64,000 nucleotides of DNA from Mobula hypostoma (taxonomy: Eukaryota), in NCBI RefSeq assembly GCF_963921235.1, contig NC_086097.1:193318001-193382000 (forward strand), given 5' to 3'. Positions 50,185-64,000 of this stretch are shown here, piece after piece. Position 1 is the first letter of the stretch. Each line of letters starts with the position of its first letter. The position numbers and the translations under genes were made by a program. A model generated the notes under the pieces. The model made no database searches, was not told the DNA's origin, and worked only from the letters and a program-made list of their open reading frames with translations.

Positions 50185-51542
50185 TGAAGTCGTGGAAGAT
50201 GTTGGAGTCAATTGTTAAGGATGTGGTATCAGGGTAAATGGAAGCACATGATAAAATAGGCAAAGTCAACATGGTTTCCTTAAAGGAAAACCTTGCCTGA
50301 TAAATCTGTTAGAATTCTTTGAGGAAATCACAAGCAGGATAGACAAAGGAGAATTGGTGGATGCTGTGTACTTGGATTTTCAGAAGGCCTTTGACAAGGT
50401 GCCACATGTGAGACTGCTGAACAAAATAAGATGAGAAATTACAGGAAAGATGTTACCATGGATAGAGCATTGGCTGATTGGCAGGAGGCAAAGCATGGGA
50501 ACAAAGGGAGCCTTTTCTGGTTGGCTGCTGGTGACTAGTGGTGTTCCACTGGGGTCAGTGTTGGGACTTCTTTTTACGTCATATGCCAATGATTTGGATG
50601 ACAGAATTGATGGCTTTGGGGCCAAGTTTGCAGATGAAACGAAGATAGGTGGAGGAACAGGTAGTGTTGAGGATGCAGGGAGGCTGCAGAAAGACTTGGA
50701 CAGATTAGTAAAGTGGACAAAGAAGTGACAACAAATGTAAAGAAATGTATGGTCATGCAGTTTGGTAGAACGAATAAAAGTATACACTATTTTATAAACG
50801 GGGAGAACATTCAAAAATCCAAGGTGCAAATGGACTTGGGAGTCCTCATGCAGGATTAAGGCTAATTTGCAGGTTGAGTCCCTGGTGAGGAAGGCAAATA
50901 CAATGCAAGCATTCATTTCAAGAGGACTAGAATATAAAGTAAGAATGTAATACTGAGGCACTGGTGAGGCCTCACTTGTATTTTGAGCAGGATAGGGGCC
51001 CTTATTTAAGAAAAGATGATCTGACATTGGAGAGGGTTTAGGAGGTTCATGAGAATGAAAAGTTTATCAAATGAGGAGCAATTTGATGGCTAAAAATTGA
51101 TGGCTCTGGGCCAGTACTTGCTGGAATGTAGAAGAATGAGGGAGGGTCTCAGGATCTCATTGAAACCCATTGAATGTTGAAAAGCCTGGAGATAAAGTGG
51201 ATGTGCAGAGGATATTTCCTTTGGTGGGGGAGTCTAGGACCTGAGGGCATGACCTCAGAATAGAGGGACATCCACTGAGAACAAAGATGAGGAGGAATTT
51301 CTTTAGCTAGAGGGTGGTGAATCTGTGGAATTTGTTGGCACTGGCGGCTGTGGAAATTAGGGCACTGGGTATATTTAAGACTGAGGTTGGTAGGTTTTTG
51401 ATTAGGCAGGGCTTGAAAGGTTAAGGGGCAAGGGCAGGAGAATGGGGTTGAGGAGGAAATGGATCAGCCATGATGGAATGGTGGAGCAGACTTGAAGGGC
51501 CGAATGGCCTAATTCTGCTCCTATGTCTTATGGTCTTATGGT
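50185..51542 (+). mobile_element. Degenerate CR1 RT and 3' end
   Basis: YLDFQKAFDKVPH, VTSGVPLGSVLG, KFADETK and a (tcttatgg)n tail. Confidence 0.85.
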
Positions 51543-51839
51543 GATGGAAGGAGTTGTTTAGGATGTATTTATTCTTTATTCTTTATTCACGGCCTCTGCA
51601 ATGTACTCATTTGCTGACTTGGGCGCTCAGTGCTTTCCCAGACTCTGTGTTCAGCAATCACTGTTCAAGGAATAATGATTTTTTTTCAGTGCCTTAACAT
51701 GCATGTTCCATGTTGTACATATCTCATGATATCGCTTCTCTCCAGTAGATCACAAATTTTGTTTTCAGATTTGAGGTCACAATTTTCAATGATTCTTTTG
51801 CTTAGTAAAGCTTAACCAGCTGGTACTGGGGCCTAAAAG

Positions 51840-52190
51840 CTGCTAATGAATTTTCAGTTTTGATGCTTGCTTTCATCTATAAGCGGCTCTCGAGATATAG
51901 CCAGTGGTCCATGTTTTCCAGGGTCATCTTGTGAACGCTTATTGTTGAAGAGCAGCGCTGTGCAGCAGGGACAATTTGGTGGATGACCTTTGTCTAGAAG
52001 TTGTTGACTGTAAGTTTCACTTTTTTGCATGTTTTATGAAAGCAGTGATGATGACTTTGAGCTCAACCTCAGTCATGCGCAACCATCAGCATTAATGCAG
52101 TTCATCTATGGAAGGTTGGCTAACCTTGGTTCTAGAAAGTATGTGCAGGAGGTTGAATAGCTTCTCATTAGTTCTGAAGATTACAGGCAG
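51840..52190 (-). mobile_element. Old RTE-clade LINE RT fragment
   Basis: Reverse strand reads IFRTNEKLFNLLHILSRTKV...ELH..ADGCA, resembling the RTE/BovB pattern YRTDGKLFNLRRL..KTKV...LLYADD. Confidence 0.55.
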
Positions 52191-54974
52191 TAAGGCAGTA
52201 AAATGTACACCCTTTGTGACTGTAAAATTTTAAATCATAATATGCATTTTCTTGCTGTCCCATTGGGTTAAATCTGCAGCCATTAGGTTTAGCATTTTAT
52301 GTATCAATGTACATAAAACCCTACTGCACAGGAACAATCCACAACAGGATTCATATCCCTCCATCTGTTTTGCCTGTTCTTGTGCCTGTACTATTGTCTC
52401 TTAAATGTTAATATTGTTCTGCTTCTGCACTCCATTAGCTCCACCTAACCCAAATCAGCATATTCTAGATTACTATCACTCTATGTAAAAATTTACCTTA
52501 CAAATCTCCTTTAAACATTCCCACACTCACCTGAAAGCAATGCCCTCTTTTATTTGACATTTTCACCATTGGAAAACTGCTGTCTGCACCTCTTAATTCT
52601 TCCCTCAGCCTTCAACACTCTTGAGAAAAAAAAGTCCTAACAAATTAGTTGTTGCAAGTGTCTTATTTGTTTTATTTTATGCATTTTCATATAATTGTTA
52701 AATGTTGTTGATTGTTGTTGTATATTGCACCGATATACCACAGTAAATTCTTAATATATGTAAATATATACGGCAAATAAAGTTGACCCTTGATTTTCTA
52801 GTTTCATTTTGCAATGTGTGATATGTTGGCCTGGGAAAAGGTACTGATTTGCATATCTTTCTATTGGATATGAAGGAACTCGTGGAGCATTTGTGCTGTC
52901 TTCCTAGTATCTTGAAATACCTGTTGTAGGTAGTGCAACATCGAAAGCATAGAGAGCAAGGATCACTACTGACATGAGATTTGTGCTGGGTCTGTGGTAT
53001 TGATAGCCACATATCCTTTTCCTTAGTTGACCAAATGTTGGGGTACCAAAGGTGACTTGATGCATATTATTGATGTCTGTCTTCACTGAGAATAGGCCAC
53101 TGAGATATGAGAAGTCATCCATGTTGCTGGGATTATGATCAGATGTGAGGAGTTAGAAGACGGTCAAGGTTAGCAGACAAATACAAATGCTAGCAAATAT
53201 TATGACTAAAACTCTGGCTAAGCATATGAGCACTTAATTTGCTTACATTGGACTTCTGTACTGTAACGTTAAAAAAAGAATTTTAACTGTGTAAAAATAC
53301 AAGATATCCCAAGCATGCTACAGGAGCATTATCAAAATAAAATCAACATTAGGTTAGAGAAAGTGACTTGAAAAGCAGCAAATGCAGCATACTGTGGTTG
53401 CTGGAAATCTCATGGTTTGCAATCTGTTCAGCAAAACAGCAATCCATCTAATGGCCCAGTGATAGGAGTCAAAGGAACTCCCCGAGAATTGTAAGACACA
53501 CATTGCTCACTCTGCATGAACTATTTGAATGCTCCACTAGCAGCTCAACAAACACTCAAAGAGAATGCTTTTACAGCACTTTACTGATAGTGGATACAAG
53601 AATGGGCAACATCCATGTCTGGAACTGAAAAACCCTGGCCTCCAACTTTTAAAGATGTGAACTTACTTATATGTTAATTTACAGTATTTTCCTTGCTTCA
53701 GGTTTAACATTTTCACTTTTTGCATGTACTGCAATCTGTCATTTGCCTAATGTACAGCCTAGCGTCACTTTATGGACATACATTCAATCTATGTATATAG
53801 GTTATCATATGTGTTTATATTTATTATTTTTTATTATTATTATTTTTTTTATCCTTTGTGCTGCATCGGACCCGGAGTAACAATTATTTCATTCTCCTTT
53901 TCACTTGTGTACAGGAAATTACATTAAACAATTTTGAATCATGAATCTTAGATGTCCTTCACTTTCTTTAGTGACACCTAGTGCCAGAAGTACAAGTATA
54001 CAGCATGAGATTACATTAAGTTTATACACATACAGCACTGACTTACCATGTTTTAGCATTGTTCAAAAATCAACATTTGCAAATGTCCACAAGTTTACTG
54101 ACCTATTCCCATATTACAGCCTCCCAACCAGACACTACCTGTCCACAGACATCATTGACTCCTTTTGATTCAAAGTTCTGTATGAACTGTTGATCCTTCC
54201 AGTACCCTATCCTTTGAATAGGAGCCAGCAAGCCAAGTCCATAGTTTATTAAACCCTAGACATACAACCCCTGATCCTATTTTTATGTACGTGTTGTCAA
54301 TTGATGCCTGTGGAGGAGACACTGAGAACCACCGATTGGGAGTACAAATGTTAGAGTAAATCACTTCTAAGCTGCCTTGCCAACAACCTCCTCCCCCACA
54401 GGTAACCCAACAGATATCACCCACCCAATTCACCCTTCTGTAACACACTAACTACATAGGCCAGACTTAAAAAAGAACACCCAAATGAAAGATTTAACAT
54501 TTAAAGACTGCATGGTAAAAACTGAGTTTTTTCAATAAAGGGAATTACAAAAGATATTTATAAATTACGCTGCCCTCCTTTTCAGGCAGTTACTTGGGAT
54601 TGAGTTTGACTTGCTTCACACAGTTCTGTGGGTTTCAAAGCAACTCCTATGCCCACATAGATATTTCAATGGAGCAAGGAAAAGTTGAAAGCTAAGGTGG
54701 TGGACAGGTCACTTGGGAAGTTATATAGTATTCTAACACAAACTCAAGGTTTGCGGTGCACTCCAAATGTTGCCTCTCACTTTGAACGGTCATGGACTAG
54801 GAATTTGCAGGAGTTAGTGGGGATGCTGCACTTTCTGCTCCTGATTACAGCTAAAGAGCTTGGAAAACAGCACAACTTAGTAGTCCAGTGACAAACATAC
54901 AAATAGCATGGTCTGCAGCTCTAAGACAGGTGATCTCTGCTATTTTGCTGATCGAGGCTGTCACTAAATTATAT

Positions 54975-55540
54975 TGAACTGAATTAAATTGACTTTATTA
55001 CTTACATCCTTCATATACATGAGGAGTAAAAATCTTTACGTTACGTCTCTGTCTAAATGTCCAATGTGCAATTTATAGTAATTTATAATAAATAATATGT
55101 ACAACAGGATAGTCAATATAATATAGAAATACAGTTGTATCAGCATGAATTAAGCAGTCTGATGGTCTGGTGGAAGAAGTTGTCCCTGAGCCTGTTGGTC
55201 CTGGCTTTTATGCTGCAGTACCATTTCCCAGAGGGTAGTAGCTGGAACAGTTTGTGGTTGGGGTGACTCAGGTCCCCAGTGATCCTTTGGGCTCTTTTTT
55301 TCACACCTGTCTTTGTAAATGTCCTGAATAGTGGGAAGTTCACATCTACCAATGTGCTGGGCTGTCCGCACCACTCTCTTGCAGAGTCCTGCGACTGAGG
55401 GAAGTACAGTTCCCATACCAGGCAGTGATGCATCCAGTCAGGATGCTCTCAATTGTGCCCCTATAGAAGGTTCTTAGGATTTGGGGCCCATACCAAACTT
55501 CTTCAACCGTCTGAGGTGAAAGAGGTGCTGTTGTGCCTTT
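54975..55540 (-). mobile_element. Rex1/Babar 3' end
   Basis: HPNHKLFQLLPSGKWYCSIKARTNRLRDNFFHQTIRLLNS. Confidence 0.8.
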
Positions 55541-55769
55541 TGCTGACTGATGATATACTAGTATCTAGTCCCTCAAACATCTCCAGCTGCCCTTGATATA
55601 CCACGTAGCCAATGCTCTTAGTCCCTGCACTTGTGTAGGCCACGTGGAGTCAACAGTTCTCTACACCTCTGATTTACTGGGGTGAAATATCCCTCAGTGA
55701 TTCCCCACTATGGTTTTCAGCAGCATGTGTGATTGGGGAACAGAGTAACTCATTCTTCACTAACAAGAA

Positions 55770-56612
55770 TCACTATCCTCCATTCAGAACTCCAAACAGT
55801 CCCTCCATGTGAAGTAGCACTTCACCTGCAAATTTGCTGGGGTCACCTATTGTGTCCAGTGCTCTTGACGTGGCCTTCAAGAGCCATTGGTGAGACCTGT
55901 CGTAAATTGGGGGATCACTCCATCAAGCGCCTCTGCACTGTCCGCCACAAACAGGACTTCCCGTTGGCCAAACTTTTTAATTCCAATTGCCATTCCATTT
56001 CTGACTTGTCTATCCACAGCCTCCTCTTGTACCACCCTCAGTGTGGAGGAGCAACACCTTGTATTCTGACAGGGTACCCTCCAGCCTCAAACAAGAGAAA
56101 ATCGGCAGACGCTGGAAGTCCAAGCAACACACACAAAATACTGGAGAAACTCAGCAGGCCAGGCCGCATCTATGGAAGAGTACAGTTGACGTTTCAGGCT
56201 GAGATCCTTCAGCAGGGCTCCAACCTGATGGTATGAATATCGATTTCTTTCCAGTGAACAAAATTTCCCCACTTTCCTCTATTCCCCACTCTGACCTTTT
56301 TTACTTCTTCTCACCTGCCTATTGCTTCCCCCTTGGTCCCCTCCTCCTTCCCTTTCTATTGTCCTTTCTGATCAGATCTTCTCTAGCCCTTGTCCTTTCC
56401 CACCCACCTGGCTTCACCTTTCACCTTCCAGCTAGCCTCTTTCCCTTTCCTCCACCTCTTAACTCAAGCATCTTGCCCCCCCAACCCCCCCCCCCTTCCC
56501 TCTCAGTCCTGAAGATGGGTCTCAGGCCAAAACATCGACTGTTTTACTCTTTTCCATAGTTTTGTGTATGTTGCTTTGGATTTCCAGCACCTGCAAGTGT
56601 TCTTGAGTTTGT
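55770..56612 (+). mobile_element. Old Penelope GIY-YIG / 3' fragment with a short nested antisense pLTR (about 56089-56217)
   Basis: IGETCRKLGDH...FNS, and ctcca(g/a)cct duplicated around the nested piece. Confidence 0.7.
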
Positions 56613-56774
56613 GATTCACTGTTGTTAATGTGCTTTCAACTCCATAAGTGCAAGAAAGTTTTTAAATGGATGAAGGTGATGGTGAGGTATCCTCTAACTG
56701 CTTAAGTCGTGATAAAGTAACCTCAGTCTTGCATTTCCCCAGCAGCACCTCGATCCAGCAAATGGAACCCGTGG

Positions 56775-59005
56775 CCCTGCAACAACTCTCAGACACCTCC
56801 TCTTACTTACCCCTTGAACAGGGCCCCACTTAGGAACACCAGGCCATTGTCTCCCGTACCATCACCGACCTTAGTAAATCTGAGGAACTCCCATCCACTG
56901 CCACCAACTTCATAGTTTCCTCACCCGCACCTCCCATTTCTATCTCCTACCCAAGATCCACAAACCTGCCTGTCCAGGTAGATACATTGTTTTTGCTTGT
57001 TTCTACCTCACTGAACTTGCATCTGCATACCTCAACTCAGTTTTCTCCCCCCTGGCTCAGTCCCTTCCTAGCTACATCCATGACATATCACATGATCTTG
57101 ATCTTTTCAATGATTTCAAGTTTACTGGACCCCTCTATTTTCACTATGGATGTGCAATCCCTGTACACCTCCATTCCCCACCAGGAAGATCTCAACTCCC
57201 TCCATTTCTTTCTGGCCACCAGACCAAACTGGTTCCCTTCCACCACCACTCTCCTCCATCTGGTGGAACTTGTCCTCACTCTCCATAATTTTTTCTTCGG
57301 CTCCTCCCACTTCCTTCAAACAAAAGCTGTAGTCATGGGTACTCACATGGGTCCTAGCTGTGCCTACCTTTTTGTTGGCTACGTGGAACAACTTACACAA
57401 GCTTACACTGGTATCACTCAACACACACACGAAATGCTGGTGAACGCAGCAGGCCAGGCAGCATCTATAGGAAGAGGTACACTCGATGTTTCGGCCCGAA
57501 GTGTCAAGTGTCGAGTGTACCTCTTCCTATAGATGCTGCCTGGCCTTCTGCGTTCACTAGCATTTTTTGTGTGTGTTGCTTGAATTTCCAGCATCTGCAG
57601 ATTTCCTCGTGTGTACTAGAATCACTCCCCACCTTTTCCTACGCTACATCGATGACTGCATTGATGCTGCTTCCTGCGTCCATGTGGAGCTTGTCAACTT
57701 CATCAACTTTGCCTCCAGCTTCCACCCTGTCCTCAAATTTACCTGACCATTTCCAGCACCCCCATCCCCTTTCTCAATCTTTCTGTCTCTATCTCCGGAG
57801 ACAGCTTATCTACTGATGTCTATTATAAACCCACTGATTCTCACAGCAACTTGAACAATACCTCTTCTCCACCCTTTACTTGTAAAAATGCCATTCCCTT
57901 CTCTTAATACATCCGTCTCCATTGCATCTCCTCTCAGGATGAGGCTGCTCATTCCAGAACTAAGGAGATGTCCTTCTTCATAGAAAGGGGTTTCCCTTCC
58001 TTCACCAAACGCTGCCCTGAAATACATCTCTTCCTTTTTGTGCCTGTCTTCCCTCACTCCATCCTCCTGCCACCCTACCAGGGATAGGGTTCCTCTTGTC
58101 CTCACCTAACACCCCACCACCCTCCACATCCAGCACGTAATTCTCCATAACTTCTGCCATCTCCGACGGGTTCCCACCAACCACCAAGCAGATATTTCCC
58201 TTCCTCCACTTTCTGCTTTCCACAGGGATCCATATGCGACTCTCTTGCCCATTCATCCTTCCTCACTGATCTCCCTCCCGGCACTTGTCCTTGTGAGCAG
58301 AACAAGTGCTACACATGCCCCTACACCTCCTCCCTCACCACCATTCAGGGCCCTAAACAGTCCTAGGTGAGGCGACATCTTCATCTGTGAGTCTGTTGGG
58401 GTTATATACTGTGTTCGGTGCTCCCAGTGTGGCTGCTTGTATATCAGTGAGACCCAACATAGATTGGGAGACCACTTCACCGAGCACCTACGCTCCATGT
58501 GCCAGAAAAACCAGGATTTCGAAGCAGCCAGCCATTTTAATTCCACTTCCTATTCCAAAATGTAGGTCCATGCTCAAGTTGGAGGAGCCACACCTATATT
58601 CCATCTGGGTAGCCTCCAACCTGAAGGCATGAACATCAATTTCTTGAACTTCCGGTAAGGCCCCTCCCCCATTCTCCCCTCATCTCCTTACCTGCCCATC
58701 ACTTCCCTCTTGTGCTCCTCTTTCTTCCATGGCTTTCTGTCCTCTCCTATCAGATCCCCTATTCTCCAGCCCTGTTATCTCTTCCACCTATCAACTTCCT
58801 AGCTCTTTACTTCACCCCTCTGCCTTCCCAGTTTCATCTATCACCTTGTGTTTCTTCCTCCCCTCCGCCACCTTTTTTTTCCCCCTCCAGTCCTGATGAA
58901 GGGTTCTCAGCCTGAAATGTTGATTGTACTCTTTTCCATCGATGCTGCCTGGCCTGCTGAGTTCCTTCAGCATTTTGGATTTCCAGCATCTGCAGATTTT
59001 CTTGT
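56775..59005 (+). mobile_element. Older Penelope-like element (RT, GIY-YIG, pLTR) with a nested mini fold-back (57420-57614)
   Basis: YLLPKIHK, FTMDVQSLYTSIPH, RYIDD and YISET; hammerhead-like agtcctgatgaagggttctcagcctgaaatgttgatt at 58889-58925. Confidence 0.85.
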
Positions 59006-60096
59006 CAATGATGTTTTGTTTTGCCTTCTTGCACAACATGCAGTTTGGAGAGTTTTTAAGTGGTACTGTTTCCAAGCCCAGATAAGTTTGGAAATTGTAT
59101 GTGAAGGGTTTGACCAACTACTTTTGCACTGCAGTGTGTAAATTGTAAATTATGAAAAAGGTACACTTGCCCCATTTCATTGTCCAGTGACAAAGCTTAC
59201 TCTATACATAACCCCAGAGCTTTAAACGAGCAGCCCTGCTATTTTTTGTAACACAATTTTAATATTTATTTCACTTTAAACTCCATCCTGTACTAGGGAA
59301 GTCAAACAAGTTTAATGTGATCATTTTAATTCTAACATTTTGTAAGTCAAAGACAAAACATTTAACTCTTCAGACTGAGGTTTACACAAAATTACTCAAT
59401 TTTGCATTCAGTTTCCAAGGCCAAAACCATGATCTAATTAATAATCCATTAGTGGGCTTCAGAGATATATTTGTAAACGTTATGAAGCACGCTTGGATTG
59501 GATGTGGTATAATGGCCTGATTCTGCACTATACTCTCGAGCATGCCACATTTCTGCTGAACATACAAGTAAAAAAATCTACAATGCCCATTTACACGTTT
59601 GTAGGTAGCATGAAATATAGATAGAACCTGCCACTGCAAACTGATAAGTACCATACATCCTTCCTGATAAACCATTGGGTTGTTTTTAATGAAAATACAA
59701 GAATAAATTTAGGAATTAATTCAGGAATTTTTTAAGCTGCTGAATCAGTGTTAAAACAGTATTGCCATGGAACAAAGTCAACTCATCAATTTTGTTTGTC
59801 ATGTTTTAAGTACAGTACTGAGAAATCAGTCCCAATTCTTTCAAATTATTTTCCAAGCACCTCTCCAATTCCTTTTTGAGACCCAGGTTTAAATAGTCAG
59901 TTCTAAAATCTTACCTACTGTGCAAACACTGATGGTTTTGCTTTATAGGTGCATGCTGTCCAAATCAATTGTGACGTTTATCAAGTCTTAGCTGTGATCA
60001 AACAAGTTGCACGATTTAAGAATCTGATTGAGAAATGAATGCTTGGAAAAAGCATGATCACACCAAATCATACCTAATTGTATCTGGATAGTCCAT

Positions 60097-60180
60097 TTTA
60101 TTGAAGGATGATTCTAATCTTTAACAGCAATACTATTTAAATAATTTAAACACACATTTAGTGCATTTTTCTCTTTTATT
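60097..60180 (-). terminator. Candidate MYL12 polyadenylation signals
   Basis: AATAAA on the minus strand at 60175-60180 and 60097-60102, after ~740-820 nt of AT-rich, repeat-free 3' UTR. Confidence 0.5.
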
Positions 60181-60915
60181 TTCAAGTCATATTTGACAAG
60201 GACATAAATCTGAACAGGAAGTACAATCAAAAATAAGGCAAAACAATTCTACACCAACCAGCATCACACAGGACACTTGGTGCTACTTAAGATACAACAG
60301 AAAAAAAACGGAATAAAATCTGAACATTAAATTGAAGTTTTGTCCTTTGGATAAATTTTTCATAATACCAAGATATAGATCCACTCTAAGCTTTACAGCA
60401 ATCAAGTATTGCAAAATACCAGACTGATTAGATGACTTTTCAGCAAATTTAGCTTCAAGAGGAGCCATCTAAACTAAACAAGACAACATACTCAAACTTG
60501 CATACTGAGTGCTCTCACCATTATATCATGATCTCCAATACAAAAAGCTGCTTTTTTCGGACATAATCTTAAATTAATCTAAGAGTAGTTTTCTTTTTGA
60601 ACTGAACTACTTTGATCAGATTACTGAGTGTGGTACATTTTCCCTTCCTATTGTACTGCAAACCACACTAAGATGACAATTTTAAAAGATTTTTAAGTTA
60701 AAAAAAAGTTTCAGAAAAGGCATTTCATTTATGATCCACTTCTATACTTTGTTCCCTGCCACTTATCTTGCACTTACTCCAAACATGTGCAAAGTGTGCC
60801 AACATGACTGGAAAAATATAAATATGAGAAAAGCAGTATTTTGGAAGGCATGCAATATAATCCAATAGATGTAAATTTTGCTAAGTAAAAGAATGAATAG
60901 GAGCTTTTGATTTCT

Positions 60916-61128
<213 letters not shown>

Positions 61129-61499
61129 TCATCAGAACATCATTAGCATTATTTGCAAAATGCCTTCATACATGCTCATACGTTTTCAACCTCAGAGACA
61201 ACACTAAGCACCCTAAGAGTCAGCTTCTTCAAACAAAAAATATTCAAGCCATTCACATTGCTTCTAGGAGCACAGTACAAAAATAACATTTACAAAGTAT
61301 GGGTACAGGAAATGTTACCCATTTCCTTATTCAGATATTTGACAAAGGAGGGGTGGGTAAAATAACATTTTCCAGGAAATTATGAACAGAAATCCACAAA
61401 TAAATCTAAAATTTATTTCAATATCCTTACCTTCTCCCAATTATTACACACAATTTCTACCAAGGCCAGATCCTCCATGAACAGCAGTGTGACTTAATA

Positions 61500-62458
61500 A
61501 AATTTGGCTCTGATGTTTGAACGTTCTCCCCATTTACACAATAATGTTCCTTTTAACAAAATGCATCATACATTTCTCGACACTATACTTCATCTGCTAC
61601 TTTTTGCCCATTATTCTGCTGCAATCACATTGCTTTCTCAGCACTACCTACCCCTCCATCCATCTTTGTATCTTCTGCTCAAAGCCAGCAGTTCCATTAT
61701 CCAAACCATTAACAATGTGAAAAGTAGAGGAATCAGTATTGGGACCGGAGGAACACCACTAGTCACTGGCAGCCAACCAGAAAAAGTCCCTTTTATTCCC
61801 ACTCACTGCTCCCCACCTGTCAGCCATTTCTCTATCCATGCCAGTATCTTTCCTGTAGCACCATAGGATTTTATTTTGTTAAGCAGCCTCGTGTGGCATC
61901 TTATCAAATGCCTTCTGAAAAACCAAGTGAGTGACACACACTGCCTCTCCTTCGTCCACCCAGCTTGTCGCTTCCTGTCAGGCAAGATTTCACCTTCACA
62001 GAAACCATGCTGACTGACTTATTTTATCATTAGTTTCCAAGTACCCTGAAACCTCACCCTCAATAATCGCCTCCAACAACTTCCCAACCACTGGTCAGGG
62101 TAACTGGCCTACAATTTCCTTTCTTTTGTCTTCCTTCCTTCTTAAAGAGCGAAGTGACATTTGCAATCCAATTCTGAGACCATGGCAGAATCAAATGATT
62201 CTTGAAAGATCATGACCAATGCATCAGTAATCTCTTTAGCAACCTCTCTCAGGACCCTAGGATGTAGCCCATCTAGTCTAGATGAACTTATCCACCTTAA
62301 AGACCTTCGAGACTGCCTAGCACTTTTTCCTTTGTAATAGCAATGGCATTCACTCCTGCTCCCTGACACCCACAGACCTCTGACACACTGCTCGTCTTCT
62401 ACAGTGAAGACTGATGCACTGCACACATTTAGTATTTCTGCCATTTCTTTGTCCCCCA
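61500..62458 (-). mobile_element. Degenerate CR1 RT fragment in the last MYL12 intron
   Basis: DGLHPRVLREVAKEITDAL and GKILAWIEKWL; similar to 32600-33295. Confidence 0.75.
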
Positions 62459-64000
62459 TGTGACAAGAATACACAATAGATTAAGATGTTAGCTGTCCTG
62501 GGTGATCAGCAGTTGGTCTGCCACCTGTCTTCAGGAGAGAGAGAGAGATAAGATAATGGAGCAGCATTTGGAGATGTGTAATGAAGAGACGGGAGAGAGA
62601 ATAACAGAAGGAGAGAGCTGTCTAGAACGGCCCCCCCTTTGAACCCTGAACTGTTTGAAGTGATGGACAGGCGATACCCCAGCAGGGGGATAAAAAGGGA
62701 CAGGTTCGCTAAGGCAGGACAGATTTGGTAAATGCATTTAACTGTCATGTGATGGAAAAGTATAGTGATTATACTCACATTTATATGGATGGTGTGAAGG
62801 AACCTGAAACAGGAGTGACAGGGTTTGGGGTGGTAATACCACCAAAAGAAATTGGAATCAGCAGAAGAACATCTAATAAGTTAGGGGTGTTTACAGTGGA
62901 GATGCTGGCAGTGTTGGTTGCGTTGCAATGGGTGCAGAAAGCCAGACAAGCCAAAGCATTGATATGTTCAGATTCATCCTCAGTTCTAGCAAGTTTAAGG
63001 TCTTTTCACACAAACAGTCGGCAAGATGTACTTTATGAAGTCCTTCAGTTAGTTACAAGAATTGCAAATCAGGGAGATCAGGTAAAATTTCTATGGGTTC
63101 CAGCACATGTAGGGGTGAAGTGGAATGAGAGGGTGGATGAGTTGGCAAAGAGGGTGTTAAAGAAAGAAAATGTGGAAATGCACATTAGTATCAGTAAAGC
63201 AGAGGTTAAGTGTGTAATCTGGGAAAAAGTCAACCGAACGTGGCAAGAAAGATGGGACAGGGAGGGGAAAGGGAGGCATTTATATCAAATACAAAAAAGT
63301 GTTGCAGTTACTAGGGTAGGTAATGGAAACAGAAGAGAGGAAATTGTGTGGACTAGGTTAAGGCTGGGGCATTGTGCATTAAACAAAATATTGAAAATGA
63401 TAGGGAAACACCAGACAGGATTGTGTGAGGAATGTCAGGAAAAGAAGTCAGTAGAACATGTAGTTCTGAGTTGCAGGAAGTATGGGATACAGAGAGATGA
63501 TGAGAAATAAATTAAGGGAGTTGGGGATGCAGGAATTCACATTGAAAGGGTTGCTGGGCATGGGTGAGAGAGCACAAGTCCGGGTATTTTTAGTGTTTTT
63601 AAGGGGTACAGGTTTTTTTTTATATAGAATATGACGAATAAACAGGAATAGGATACTAGGATGGTCAAAGATGGGAGGGTGAAGTGTAGGTTTGTATATA
63701 TCTGTGTGTGTGTGTGTGTGTGTGTGCGTGCGCGCACGCGATTGGGTGAAGGGATTTAGAATGTATGTCTAGTGCTGGAGCAGAGGGTGGCGGTAATGCA
63801 CCATTAAGCTGGATGCCAACCGCCGTAAAACAAGATACAGACAGACAGAAGGCAGGACACACATGACACCCGAGGTAACGAGACCCTGGAAGCGGTGCGC
63901 CTCTCACAAGTCGGTGGGAAGCTTTTGGACGGCTGATCGCGGGATCAAGCCATAAACGCACAGGGTGGAAAGGCACAATCGGCGGGAACCTGGTGTGTAT
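62459..64000 (+). mobile_element. LTR (starts TGTGAC), interrupted by a LINE and running off the window
   Basis: Abrupt TGTGAC start inside the CR1, TATA-like gataaaa near 62689, and resumption after the TSD at 63849. CpG-rich, so probably young. Confidence 0.55.
62722..63848 (+). mobile_element. I-group/Nimb-type LINE 3' end encoding RNase H and a CCHC knuckle
   Basis: YMDG...E.LAVLVAL...ICSDS...WVPAHVG...NERVDELAK (RNase H D-E-D-D) and TRLRLGH...CEEC...SVEHVVLSC. Flanked by 11-bp TSD aaggcaggaca (62711-62721 and 63849-63859). Confidence 0.85.

Noticed and set aside
62725..63510. Standalone RNase H gene
   Set aside because: Bounded by a TSD, 5'-truncated, and followed by a LINE-type CCHC motif and tail.

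Overview
Vertebrate genomic DNA, very probably from a cartilaginous fish (ray or shark); this is inferred from the HE1/V-SINE-like SINEs and the CR1, Rex/Babar and Penelope content. The window spans the conserved MYL12-TGIF1 interval, with both genes on the minus strand. It contains the last coding exon and 3' UTR of a non-muscle myosin regulatory light chain (MYL12, 60916-61088) and, about 56 kb downstream, the promoter and first two coding exons of TGIF1 (4389-4404 and 2110-2327). The final TGIF1 exon lies outside the window. The rest is mostly nested transposon remains: CR1 (one copy young, with an open 452-aa frame), Rex1/Babar, RTE, R4/Dong, I/Nimb-type with RNase H, Gypsy remnants and a solo LTR, hAT-Charlie, a Mariner-type fold-back MITE, and many Penelope-like elements. 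The most notable non-genic signals are (1) a family of Penelope 3' ends carrying a minimal type I hammerhead ribozyme and often inserted as fold-back inverted repeats, most with 10-13 bp TSDs, one forming a ~970 bp palindrome; and (2) a 121-bp tandem duplication that copies the TGIF1 exon 2 splice acceptor. Coordinates were read by eye, and repeat boundaries are approximate unless a TSD is given. I found no wholly new protein-coding system.
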